NCBI GenBank assembly: GCA_963796275.1
Contig: CAWCKY010000006.1
Location: forward strand, 2,528,001-2,592,000
Source of the DNA: an uncultured Acidobacteriota bacterium
Lineage (GTDB): Bacteria > Acidobacteriota > Blastocatellia > RBC074
Reading direction: 5' to 3'
DNA: 64,000 nucleotides
The position numbers were made by a program, and so were the translations under genes. Below the pieces are notes generated by a model. It made no database searches. It was not told the origin of the DNA and saw nothing but the letters and a program-made list of their open reading frames with translations. Shown here in pieces: positions 19,226-28,380 of the stretch (position 1 is the first letter of the stretch; each line of letters starts with the position of its first letter).

Positions 19226-20053
19226 CTACGAATGCGGCGCCAGCACAAGGCGGAGGCCAATACATCCGTCATGGGCGTCAGGTTGAATACCATATCGCCA
19301 CCACACGCGGCAATGCAGATCCCAGTTATGGTGGCAACCGCCCCGGAGGCGTCGATCGGTTCCCGGTCCATCGTATGGGCGCCCGTCGCTGGGGAGAGCC
19401 TCGAGATCGTCGGTGCAGGTGTCCTGGCACCATTCCCATACGTTCCCGGACATATCGTAGAGCGACAATTGATTCGGCGCTTTCATGGCAACCGGATGGG
19501 TCCGCGTGTGGCTGGGCAAGAGCTTTCGTAGTCGATTGGCAACACGCCAGCCAGCAGGCCAGCCAAGTACCCTCACGAGAGTCTGGTCGGCACGGCCCCA
19601 GCGCGGCCCATACCAAGCCACGGCATCTGGGTCGTTACTACCGCTGAAAGCAAAGTTGTCGCGCCAATGCGGACCGCCACGTGCAGCATATTCCCATTCA
19701 GTCTCGGTCGGGAGGCGAAAACGCAGGCTGGGATCACTACTCGCAACGGACGTGAGCACCTCGCCGGCATTGATTCGATCAAGAAATCCGTCGGGCTCCG
19801 TGATACGCTCCCAAGATATGTTCTCGACTGGACAACGGGGATCCCGATGCACGGCGGGGTTGTCGCCCATAACTAGTTCCCATAACGCCTGTGTAACCGG
19901 TGTCGTGCCGATATAGTAGCTGGTTATGTGAAACGTTGGCCGGCGGACACCGTGACCAAAGGAATACGGAATCCCCGAAGTCCCAGGCACCTGCGCGAAA
20001 ACAATCTCCTGAAACCCATTCTGTCTAGACCAAGCAAAACGTATCGGTTCCAT
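19226..20053 (-). CDS. FGE/SUMF1-sulfatase domain protein (gene cassette)
   Basis: PVTQALW, FRLPTETEWEYAARGG, PNQLSLYDMSGNVWEWC, IGLRL. Confidence 0.93.
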   Translation of the reverse strand: MEPIRFAWSRQNGFQEIVFAQVPGTSGIPYSFGHGVRRPTFHITSYYIGTTPVTQALWELVMGDNPAVHRDPRCPVENISWERITEPDGFLDRINAGEVLTSVASSDPSLRFRLPTETEWEYAARGGPHWRDNFAFSGSNDPDAVAWYGPRWGRADQTLVRVLGWPAGWRVANRLRKLLPSHTRTHPVAMKAPNQLSLYDMSGNVWEWCQDTCTDDLEALPSDGRPYDGPGTDRRLRGGCHHNWDLHCRVWWRYGIQPDAHDGCIGLRLVLAPHS

Positions 20054-20083
20054 TTTGTTGTGTCGTAAGTGAGTTCAAGTACC

Positions 20084-20154
20084 GGATGACTTTGAGGTGA
20101 GCCGCCGCTGGGGCCCACAGGCCGGAAGCGGTCGGCTCGACCATACGATTAGGC
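20084..20154 (-). other. Degenerate attC site
   Basis: Minus strand GCCTAAT overlapping the stop codon; GAGCCG(A)CCGCT...AGCGGCGGCTC stem with an extra base; eroded core GTCATCC. Confidence 0.6.
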
Positions 20155-20595
20155 CTGTCTTTTCCGGGCAGCAGTTTTCTCGTGCTTTATGCTAGTTCCA
20201 ATCTGAATTCCCAACCAGGCCATCGGCAGGTACGCAACCAGCAGGTCAAGCGCGATGAACCAGATTGGGGCGGGAATCATGAAACTTGCCGCCACACCAC
20301 CGCAAAGAAAAACTGCGCCAATCGCATAAGCAATTTGCGCCTTGTAGTTCGCTGCGATCAGGTAGGCAGCGAGCGCGCCGGCGAGTGTACCAACTGCGTG
20401 CGCCAAGAACGGCATTATGAAATGCCTCGGCTCAAATAGGTGTATAGCGTTCCTCAGGCTTTCGGCGCTATTTACGTCCACACCCGCAGGGGGAGGAATG
20501 AGCGATGGGCTGACGGTGATGAGTGCCGCGTTGACGATTCCTCCGATGGCGATTCCACCGAGGAGGGCAAGCACATTTCGAAGTAGGTTGGGCAT
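20149..20595 (-). CDS. Hypothetical membrane protein (first gene cassette)
   Basis: Four hydrophobic helices, HFIMPFLAHA, WFIALDLLVAYLPMA; GGAG RBS. Confidence 0.85.
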   Translation of the reverse strand: MPNLLRNVLALLGGIAIGGIVNAALITVSPSLIPPPAGVDVNSAESLRNAIHLFEPRHFIMPFLAHAVGTLAGALAAYLIAANYKAQIAYAIGAVFLCGGVAASFMIPAPIWFIALDLLVAYLPMAWLGIQIGTSIKHEKTAARKRQA

Positions 20596-20614
20596 GTGTG
20601 ATTCTCCGGAGATT

Positions 20615-20640
20615 CCCTAACTATTTATGTATGCGGATGG
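20615..20640 (-). other. attI-like site
   Basis: Minus strand ...GCATACATAAATA-GTTAGGG, 20 bp upstream of the first cassette ATG, with no attC stem. Confidence 0.5.
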
Positions 20641-20642
20641 CG

Positions 20643-21013
20643 TCAGTGTCTAGTATTGGATACCTGATGGTTTTTGATATCAGATACTTCCAGCTTAACG
20701 ATCCGCTTCTTGAGATCAAGCGCCACGGATGGCCGTGGGGAATTTTCCAGACTAGTATTGCGGAATTCCCTTCGCCACCCGCCTGTTTCACACGACGCAT
20801 CAACTAGGTTTCGTAGATTCGATTCGCAATCCGACAATCTCCGGCTTCTCAGGTAGAGACCAGCCGGATTCTTTGACGATGATTCGACAGTTGTGAAGTG
20901 TTTGCGCCACTGTTCGTCGTAGCGATAGCGGACACGAGATCAATTGTTCGCATAACGTTCAAGGGACTTCTTTGTGCCTTGATGACCGGGAGCCAATGTC
21001 TGCTTAGCTTCAT
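20643..21013 (-). pseudogene. Decayed small conserved hypothetical gene (PGxxGTKK...VRYRYD...VKQAGG type)
   Basis: Joining frames gives M(K)AKQTLAPGHQGTKK..RY..*SRVRYRYDEQWRKHFTTVE / RRVKQAGG..VWKIP / VALDLKKRIVK...RH*. Confidence 0.7.
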
Positions 21014-21062
21014 AAGCATCACTACTGACTGGTAGAGAAACAATGCGACTGATTGATTTACG

Positions 21063-21091
21063 TTCGAGTCTGAGACGGCGCGGAGTATAAT
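21063..21091 (+). promoter_or_regulatory. Possible sigma70 promoter
   Basis: TTCGAG-17-TATAAT upstream of the DUF1479 gene. Confidence 0.35.
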
Positions 21092-21307
21092 CGCGCGCCA
21101 TAGCCAAGGTAATCAATCAGAGGTATAAGCGTCAATCCGCTTCTCACCTGCTGTCAACCAAACGATAAAACATCCCACGATCAGCAGCAACAGACGGAGG
21201 ATGTTCCTCCCAATACTACAACGATTAATACTCCGTCACCGCTTCACCGAATCTCGGTTCGCTTCCGCGGGTCGATAAAGGTCGCTTATGCGTGTTATTT
21301 TTAGCCT

Positions 21308-22552
21308 ATGCAGTCCTGGATGCTCGATCCGAAACAGGCGGTGATCGACGCCAAAGCCGCGCTTCTGGCGAGGATGCCCGATTATGCCGAGCGCATGGCA
21401 ATCCTGGATCGATGGCTGGCCGGCGAGGTGGACGTAGTTCGGGCAGAAGGCGCGGCTGCGATACCGCAAATCGATTACCGCGAGATCCTCGCCGGCGCCG
21501 TGAGCGCGGGTCAGCAGGATCGAATTCGGCGGCGCGGGTGTGTGGTGATTCGCGGCGTCTATGACCGCGACCAGGCCGCCTCCTGGAATGAAGCTATCGG
21601 TCGCTACATCGAAGAGAACGATTATCTTACTCGGGCCCGGGAAAAGATGGGCCTGGATCGATACTTCAGCGCCCTGGCCTCGGGACGGCCGCAGATTTAC
21701 GGTTTGTACTGGTCACGGCCGCAAATGGCGGCGCGGCAGCATGAAAACATGGACCGGACGCGGCGCTTTCTGAATCGCCTGTGGAATGCCACGCGGGCCG
21801 ACGGAACGCCGGAGTTCGATCCCGATCGCCAATGCAATTATGCCGATCGCTTGCGCCGCCGTGAACCCGGCGATACCTCGCTGGGGCTCTCGGCTCATTG
21901 CGATGGCGGTTCGATAGAGCGTTGGTGCGATCCGAGCTTTCATCGCGTCTATCAAGACGTGTTGTTCGGTGAGATCGATGCTTACGATCCTTTCCGCGCG
22001 GAAGGGCGCACCCAGACCGACGAGATTCCGTCGCCGGCGGTGTGCAGCATGTTTCGGACTTTTCAGGGGTGGACGGCGATGACGGCGCAGGGACCGGGCG
22101 ACGGAACATTGAAACTCGTGCCCATCGCTCGCGGCATGGCCTGGGTGCTGTTGAGGGCTTTGCAGGATGATGTCGCGCCTGATGACCTCTGCGGTGCGAC
22201 TGCCGGACGCGCTCTGGCCGCAGATCGGCGTTGGCATCGCGCCCTGCTGGAGGCCGAAGTTAGCATTCCCAGAGTCGAACCCGGTGATACAGTGTGGTGG
22301 CATCCCGACCTGATTCACGCGGTAGAAGACAAACATTGCGGTCGCGAGGCGAGCAACGTCGTTTATATCGGCTCTGCCCCCTGGTGCGAGAAGAATGCGC
22401 GATTTCTAAAAAAACAGGCGGACTGTTTTTTAACCGGGCGGAGTTCGCCTGATTTTGCCCCCGAAGATTACGAAGTCGATTTCAACGACCGCGCAATGCT
22501 CGAACATCTTTCCGATCTCGGCAAAAAACAGATGGGTCTGGTGGCCTGGTAG
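21308..22552 (+). CDS. DUF1479 / YbiU (Gig2-like) 2OG-Fe(II) oxygenase-fold protein
   Basis: PQIYGLYWSRPQ, LSAHCDGGSIERW, FRTFQGW, PGDTVWWHPDLIHAV. Confidence 0.92.
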   Translation: MQSWMLDPKQAVIDAKAALLARMPDYAERMAILDRWLAGEVDVVRAEGAAAIPQIDYREILAGAVSAGQQDRIRRRGCVVIRGVYDRDQAASWNEAIGRYIEENDYLTRAREKMGLDRYFSALASGRPQIYGLYWSRPQMAARQHENMDRTRRFLNRLWNATRADGTPEFDPDRQCNYADRLRRREPGDTSLGLSAHCDGGSIERWCDPSFHRVYQDVLFGEIDAYDPFRAEGRTQTDEIPSPAVCSMFRTFQGWTAMTAQGPGDGTLKLVPIARGMAWVLLRALQDDVAPDDLCGATAGRALAADRRWHRALLEAEVSIPRVEPGDTVWWHPDLIHAVEDKHCGREASNVVYIGSAPWCEKNARFLKKQADCFLTGRSSPDFAPEDYEVDFNDRAMLEHLSDLGKKQMGLVAW

Positions 22553-22665
22553 ACTGATCGCGAGGAGGATGAAGCCCAAGCGCATTCCATGCCTGCAGAT
22601 TGTATTTTCAGAATCTGATTGGCTGTCGATGCGTTATCTTCACTCTATTTTTCGAGTTTCTATTT

Positions 22666-23457
22666 TTAAGCCAAAAAACCACTTCGCCCGCTGAACTGCG
22701 AACTCAATTCATCATTAGTTGGATCGTCGAGCGCCAGCAACTGCCTCAATTCAGGGGCCAGCCGGCTTTGCACTTCGGGGCGCAGCAGTTGCATCTGATA
22801 CTGTTGCTGTGGCACATCGCGCCGACAATAAAAACTGTGTAGGGCCAGTCGTGGCTTATCGGTTTGGTTGGCAGTGCCGCCGTGCCACAGATGCGCATTC
22901 ATCACGACGACGGTTCCGGCTCTACCGATAATCAGCTTTTCGTCGATGTGCGGCGCCGATGGATCGGCGAGCACATCCTGCGGCAGTTTTCCCCAGCGAT
23001 GTGAGCCTGGCACGTAGCGCGTTGCGCCGTTATCGCGCGTGAAGTCATCCAACATCCAAATGATGTTGCAAACCCGATTGCCGCAAGAGTCCGGCAATTC
23101 TCCCGTATCACAATGCAGAGGTTGTAGCCCGTTTGCATGGGGGCGGGCGGATCGCGCATTCAAACTGCTAAGTTTAAACTGCGATCCCAGTACCTGCTCG
23201 ACGCAGGCGAGCAGCTTCGGCTCGGCAATCACCGATCGAAACAATTCATCGTAATCTACCAAGTTAGCCAGGCGATCGGTTCCAGGTTCCTGTTTAAATT
23301 CAGACCCCGCTCTTGCTCCCAGTTGAGCGAACAATTCCGCGATCCTACTGCGGATAGCGCTCACCAGGGTGGCGTCAGCGAAGTCTTCCAGGACCAGAAA
23401 CCCTTCTTGATCGAGCCGCCGTCGCGCTTCGTCATCGAGTGTAATTGGCTTGTTCAT
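22666..23457 (-). CDS. Phytanoyl-CoA dioxygenase family protein
   Basis: QPLHCD (HxD), [26 protein letters not shown]; start at ATG23457. Confidence 0.92.
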   Translation of the reverse strand: MNKPITLDDEARRRLDQEGFLVLEDFADATLVSAIRSRIAELFAQLGARAGSEFKQEPGTDRLANLVDYDELFRSVIAEPKLLACVEQVLGSQFKLSSLNARSARPHANGLQPLHCDTGELPDSCGNRVCNIIWMLDDFTRDNGATRYVPGSHRWGKLPQDVLADPSAPHIDEKLIIGRAGTVVVMNAHLWHGGTANQTDKPRLALHSFYCRRDVPQQQYQMQLLRPEVQSRLAPELRQLLALDDPTNDELSSQFSGRSGFLA

Positions 23458-23593
23458 CGCTCTGCCTGTGCGTGTTGAGCCCCAATGCACGAAGCTCAGC
23501 GTCTCAAAGATTTCAAAATATCCACCACGTGTAAATAATCAAACAGATGATAGTGGAACGATCAGGTAACGACCATAGCTCGGTGAGGCGCTC

Positions 23594-23622
23594 TTGACAG
23601 AAAAAAATCACCTGCATATAGT
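23594..23622 (+). promoter_or_regulatory. Near-consensus sigma70 promoter
   Basis: TTGACA-17-TATAGT. Confidence 0.65.
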
Positions 23623-24142
23623 TTGCACCTCAAACTAAGGGGAAGATCCGTTTCGCAATACTAACGCGACCATCTCCGCCGCGACTAACCAAGCGAGGCG
23701 CGCAGAGCACGTTTCGCCTCTAACGGGCAAGTGGGAAAATCCGCTGCCGCAAAGCTTTTCCCGACACAATCAGCTCCGCCATAAGGTTAAGTTGTAATAT
23801 GTGTACTACTAACCTCGTGAGTTGCGCAGAACACATTTCGCTGCCAACCAGATCAGCGAGAGGAGCTAAATGTGGGTGACGCCGCCGATTATAGTTGTAG
23901 ACGCGAACTAATATCACGGGTTGAATCCCAAAGCTTCTTCCAAGATTACCATCGCCGCCGGCCGGCCGCAGAAGCAGTTGGGAGTTCCGGGCCAGGGAAA
24001 ACAAGCGAAAGGAGAAGACCGCGTAAACGCGGAACTCCCAACAATTTATGAAGTGACTTCCCTTGTTGTCGATCGCGCCAGCAAACTTCAAGTCCGAACA
24101 GAATGACGACACGAGAGAACAACGAAAATAAGGAGACTAGCC

Positions 24143-26018
24143 ATGCCTAAGTATCACAACAATTTCAGTCTTACCAAAGCATCTCTTTCGCTAGCGTTAC
24201 TGCTTATTGCGTTGGTTGCCACACTGGGAACATCTGCTCAGGAGAGTCCGAGCATTCCTTTAGTCTATAGCGTTGAGAACACGGCTGCGAACTACCCGCC
24301 GACGGCCTTCCCAGCTTTCGCTCAGCTTCCGATCATTCGACCTTTGACAGACCCGTTTCGGTTTGCTGATGGAACTCGCGACATCTCGTTCGCAAACTGG
24401 GAGCGACGGCGTAGTGAGATCAAGGCTGCGATCGAAAAATATGAGATCGGCCCAAAGCCGGATTGTTCGGACTGCACCATTACAGCCACATACACACCGC
24501 CGTTGTCAGCAGCAGCCAGGGGTTCACTGACAGTGGTAGTTACCAGGAATGGGAAGTCGTTAACTTTGACTTCGAACGTATACATTCCACAGGGGATGGG
24601 CAGCGGCCCGTTTCCGGCATTGATTCCGATGACGTTCTTTGCACGCCCCACAGGCGCCAATTATGGCAGTCTCCCAGCCAGCGTTTTTGCGAGCCGCCCG
24701 ATAGCAACCGTCGACTTCGTCCACAACAATGTATCCATATATGGAGTGAGTGATCATACCAATGACCCCTTCTACCAGCTTTACCCTGAACTTTGCGCTG
24801 GAACATGCAATGGTAATGTCAGCAATTCGGGACAATACGCCGCGTGGGCGTGGGGAGTGAGCCGTCTCATCGATGGCATGGAGATCGCTACCCACCAGTC
24901 AGTCAACTCGCTACCAATCGATATGCAACACCTGGCAGTCACCGGATGCTCCTATGCGGGGAAGATGGCGCTCTTCGCCGGGGCGTTCGACGAGCGGATT
25001 GCCCTGACTATTCCCCAGGAAAGCGGAGGTGGTGGCGCGCCATCGTGGCGAGTTACGCGTGGGATCGAGGCTTATGGCGCGTCGGAAGATATACAGCGTA
25101 CAGATTATAACTGGTTCGCGGGGCAGATGCGCCAGTTCAGCGGCGACAATGGTTACAAACTTCCGACGGATCATCACGAATTGATGGCCATGGTGGCGCC
25201 CAGAGCATTGCTGGAGACGGGCAATACAGATTTCTACTGGCTATCCAATCGCTCGAATTATATCTCGGCACGAGCAGCGCAGCGGGTCTATAACACACTT
25301 GGAATCGGAGACAGGTTTGGATTCTATATTGATGGCGGACACGGACACTGTGCAACACTCCCGGCTGAGGCCCCGGCCATAGCAGCCTTTGTCGACAAAT
25401 TCCTGCTCGGTGATGTGACGGCCAATACGAATGTGGCGGTCAACCCTTACAAGTCGCTCGATTACAGCCGGTGGACCGACTGGTGGGGAAAACCGGATAC
25501 CAAAATTCCCAGGCAATTGGAACCCGGGAAACGGTTCGGTCATTATTTCAATGACCCGTCCTATTCGCATCAATTCTGGTGACACCGTTTTTGCAGGCTA
25601 TGCTTTGTCGATGTCCGACGGCCACTTGGGAGCGACCGTATCGCTGGCGGGCGGGAACGTGCAGACGGACGTCTCTTGTCCGGATGGCAGTTCCTACACA
25701 CTCACAATACCGCTCCCGAACCAGACCTATTCGATCCCAGCCGGCGACGGCTCCTGGTTTCCATCACCCAACCAGAAGAGTCCACTGGTTTACCAGGGCT
25801 CCGCTACGGCCTCTGGTTGCATTGGGGGTGTTGCGAGAAGCTTTTACCTCAGCGCGTTGGGAGTAAGCGCCGGGACGGGCAACCCGCCGGCAGCCCCTGG
25901 TTTCACTACCACTGACACCACGTATCCGCTCAATGTGAGGTTCCACTTCACCAGCACCAACGACGACGGCGCTGGAGGAAGCTGGAGCCCGACGGTAACC
26001 GTTAACTATAATCCGTAA
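24143..26018 (+). CDS. Secreted CE15 glucuronoyl esterase-like protein with C-terminal domain, split by a frameshift near 25490-25505
   Basis: Signal peptide, AWAWGVSRLID, GCSYAGK, QESGGGG, DHHEL, GHGHC; +1 frame continues PKFPGNWNPG... to 26018. Confidence 0.88.
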
Positions 26019-26031
26019 TCGTATGTTCGGA

Positions 26032-26069
26032 AAAAAGTTTCGGGGTGGGATTCCGTATCCCCACCCCGC
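26032..26069 (-). terminator. Intrinsic terminator
   Basis: CGGGGTGGG / CCCACCCCG stem; T-run follows on the minus strand. Confidence 0.65.
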
Positions 26070-26178
26070 ACTTCTGTTGCAATCTCTCGCGGTGTGAGTA
26101 ATGCCTGCAAAGCGGGCGCTCAATTCGGCCGCCAAGGTCACCTCGCAACTGATCTCTGCCTCAGCGATGGGGAATCGC

Positions 26179-26239
26179 GTGAACCGAGAATCATCCACTA
26201 TAACGCCGATTTGGGCGTTTAGTGGCGGAAGTGTCAATA
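26179..26239. repeat. Dispersed ~60-bp motif, copy 1
   Basis: Blocks GTGAACCGAGAATC, TATAAC, TTTGGGCGTTTAG, GTGTCAATA are identical and collinear with 29892-29951. Confidence 0.85.
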
Positions 26240-26247
26240 GCCCCGGA

Positions 26248-27777
26248 TTACTGCCGATCGTTATTTGCCATACGGAGGTTCATGATAACTCGTCGGTATG
26301 AAGTTAAAGCAGGCGAACCGTTATCAGTAACAGCAAGGATAATGTGGGCAATTCCCTTGGGACATGCTCTGGCGCCGCCGAGCCACGCTGGACGACACGT
26401 AGCCGTTGCCGTCACGATTGCTTTCGCTGTGTTTCCACGCTCAATTCTGACTGCTCCCAAGTTTGCCTCGGGCACAAAGCCAGCTTCTTCGTAATGAAAC
26501 CATTGATAACTGATCTTGTGTCCATCCGGATCTTTACTTGCGCTAGCATCAAGTGTGACCGGTTGGCCCACTTGCGCCTCGATCAAGATCGGAGCGGCGC
26601 CATCCTTGTCATTCACCGTGACTACCGGATTATGGTTTGCCTCAGCAAAAGGTTTGATCGTCCAGTCCATGCGCGCGGCGAATTCATGCTGAAAAGCTGT
26701 TCGCCAGCGCCAAATCGTCGCCTGATCCGAGATGTAGGTTTTGCCATCCGCTCCGATGACACTGTCTTGCGAGGTGACACGCGGGAAGAGATCGCCACCC
26801 TGTGACCAGATCGGATGCGTCTCGCCATAGGGTAGCCGCCAGACATAGCGACCGCCCCAGCCGCCCCAACTCGGATTGCGATAGCTGTTAAGACCGTTGT
26901 TGGTGAGGCCAAGAAAAGCAGGTGTGTCGCCTTCCATGATGAATGCGAACTTCGGATAGAACTTGCCGAGTGGCCCTTTGACGCGAATGTTCGTCTCCAG
27001 CCAATCGTTGGTGACCGTACTTCCATCTGCCCCCATACAGTTGCGGTAGTAAACATCGCCGCTTATCCCCGTCCAGGTAGCAGAAGCATATTCGCCGCCA
27101 TCAGGACTGCTCGGCTTGACGATGTAGTGCAGATTAGGGAATTCGCGGCGGATCCACGGCCCGGCATCGTCTTGATCTGAAATCGAACTGACGCGGAGCT
27201 TGGCGACAAACCTGTCTACTTCGGGACCTGAACGTGTTGCACGCACATGTTGTAATGCCTGCGCCAGCGTGTTCGCGCCGCCCCAGATCGTGATCCAAAT
27301 CGGCCGTGGATCAATTCTGCCTGTAGCGCGAATAATCGCCTCGGCTCCGGGCGACATCTTTCCGGGACCGACAGCCGCCATGCCATATGCAGGCTGGCCG
27401 GAAGTCACGACCGCATTCAATTGCGCGGCTTCAGGCCAACCCTGAGCATGTTTCAGTAGGTTGGCTCGCACTTCGCCATAGGCGGCAACTATCTTACGCA
27501 TTGTTTCAGGTTGGACTTTGTTCTTCTGCCAGGTCGATGTTGTCGCGATCAAAGCTTCTAGATCCAATTCATTGGAATAAAGCAGCAACCGCACAAAGGA
27601 CATCTGATCATCGGGTTCGTTGCCGATATCACTCAAAACTACAACGCGTGGATTACCGGCGAAATTATCTATATAGCCGGGCTGCAATGATTGAACGGCT
27701 GCACTGGCATAGCAGAGGCGCCACCAAACAATTGCTGCTAAAATCAAGTGTTGTAACTTCGTGCTACTGATGCGCAT
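26248..27777 (-). CDS. DUF1593 nucleoside hydrolase-like secreted protein
   Basis: SDIGNEPDDQMS, WGGANTLAQAL, ISDQDDAG, EGDTPAFL, WGGWGGRY, ANHNP, TSYRRVI. Confidence 0.92.
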   Translation of the reverse strand: MRISSTKLQHLILAAIVWWRLCYASAAVQSLQPGYIDNFAGNPRVVVLSDIGNEPDDQMSFVRLLLYSNELDLEALIATTSTWQKNKVQPETMRKIVAAYGEVRANLLKHAQGWPEAAQLNAVVTSGQPAYGMAAVGPGKMSPGAEAIIRATGRIDPRPIWITIWGGANTLAQALQHVRATRSGPEVDRFVAKLRVSSISDQDDAGPWIRREFPNLHYIVKPSSPDGGEYASATWTGISGDVYYRNCMGADGSTVTNDWLETNIRVKGPLGKFYPKFAFIMEGDTPAFLGLTNNGLNSYRNPSWGGWGGRYVWRLPYGETHPIWSQGGDLFPRVTSQDSVIGADGKTYISDQATIWRWRTAFQHEFAARMDWTIKPFAEANHNPVVTVNDKDGAAPILIEAQVGQPVTLDASASKDPDGHKISYQWFHYEEAGFVPEANLGAVRIERGNTAKAIVTATATCRPAWLGGARACPKGIAHIILAVTDNGSPALTSYRRVIMNLRMANNDRQ

Positions 27778-27831
27778 TGGTAGTTCCTTTCGCGACTCGC
27801 TCACTGAATGTCAGTAAAAATAAATCCCTGC

Positions 27832-27945
27832 GAATTGATGGAGAAATATCAGGATACTCGATCGATTTGGTAGATGCCTCCATCGTCTCGCTTGCTGAAT
27901 GCACGGACCGCGCCGGTCTTCACTATCGATTCCCGATATGAAATC
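27832..27945 (+). pseudogene. PIN/VapC toxin relic
   Basis: Three frames give ELMEKYQDT / IDLVDASIVSLAE / VFTIDS. Confidence 0.6.
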
Positions 27946-28380
27946 GATGCCATTCCTTCTCGCATTGCCTTCATCTACCATTGGCTGTATGGTAATGAGA
28001 TGGCTCAACGCCACGGGATCTTTCTGGCTGGAGTTGGGGCCGGAAAACCTGGGCGGCGTTCGCGTAACCCCCAAGACCATAACTTTCAATTTCATCGACA
28101 CATTCGCCCCGGATGACCCTACACGAGTTACTTTTTCAAACATAAAGCCACTTTACGTGGAGTGGGGAAAGATCTCTCGATCAAGGAAAAACATGGACTG
28201 TATTCATGGTCATCGAGGCGCGCCAAATGACACAGCCTAACGAACGGATCTCCCGGCGATGGTCAACCTGATCGCGTGCGCTCCGGAAGCAGCTACGATC
28301 TTGTTCAAACACCCGCTCAGATCGACCCCACCGCGGAAATAGGTGTATCGCGCATTTCCAGCAGATTCTGGAGCATAAAA

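Noticed and set aside
21230-21300. Possible riboswitch upstream of DUF1479
   Set aside because: No recognisable consensus such as guanidine, ZTP or SAM
23993-24030. c-di-GMP-I riboswitch resemblance (AGGGAAAAC..GAAA..GACCGC)
   Set aside because: The GAAA stem does not pair and the GCAAAG/P3 elements are absent
25485-25495. Programmed -1 frameshift at GGGGAAAA in CE15
   Set aside because: The downstream domain needs a +1 shift; mutation or sequencing error is more likely
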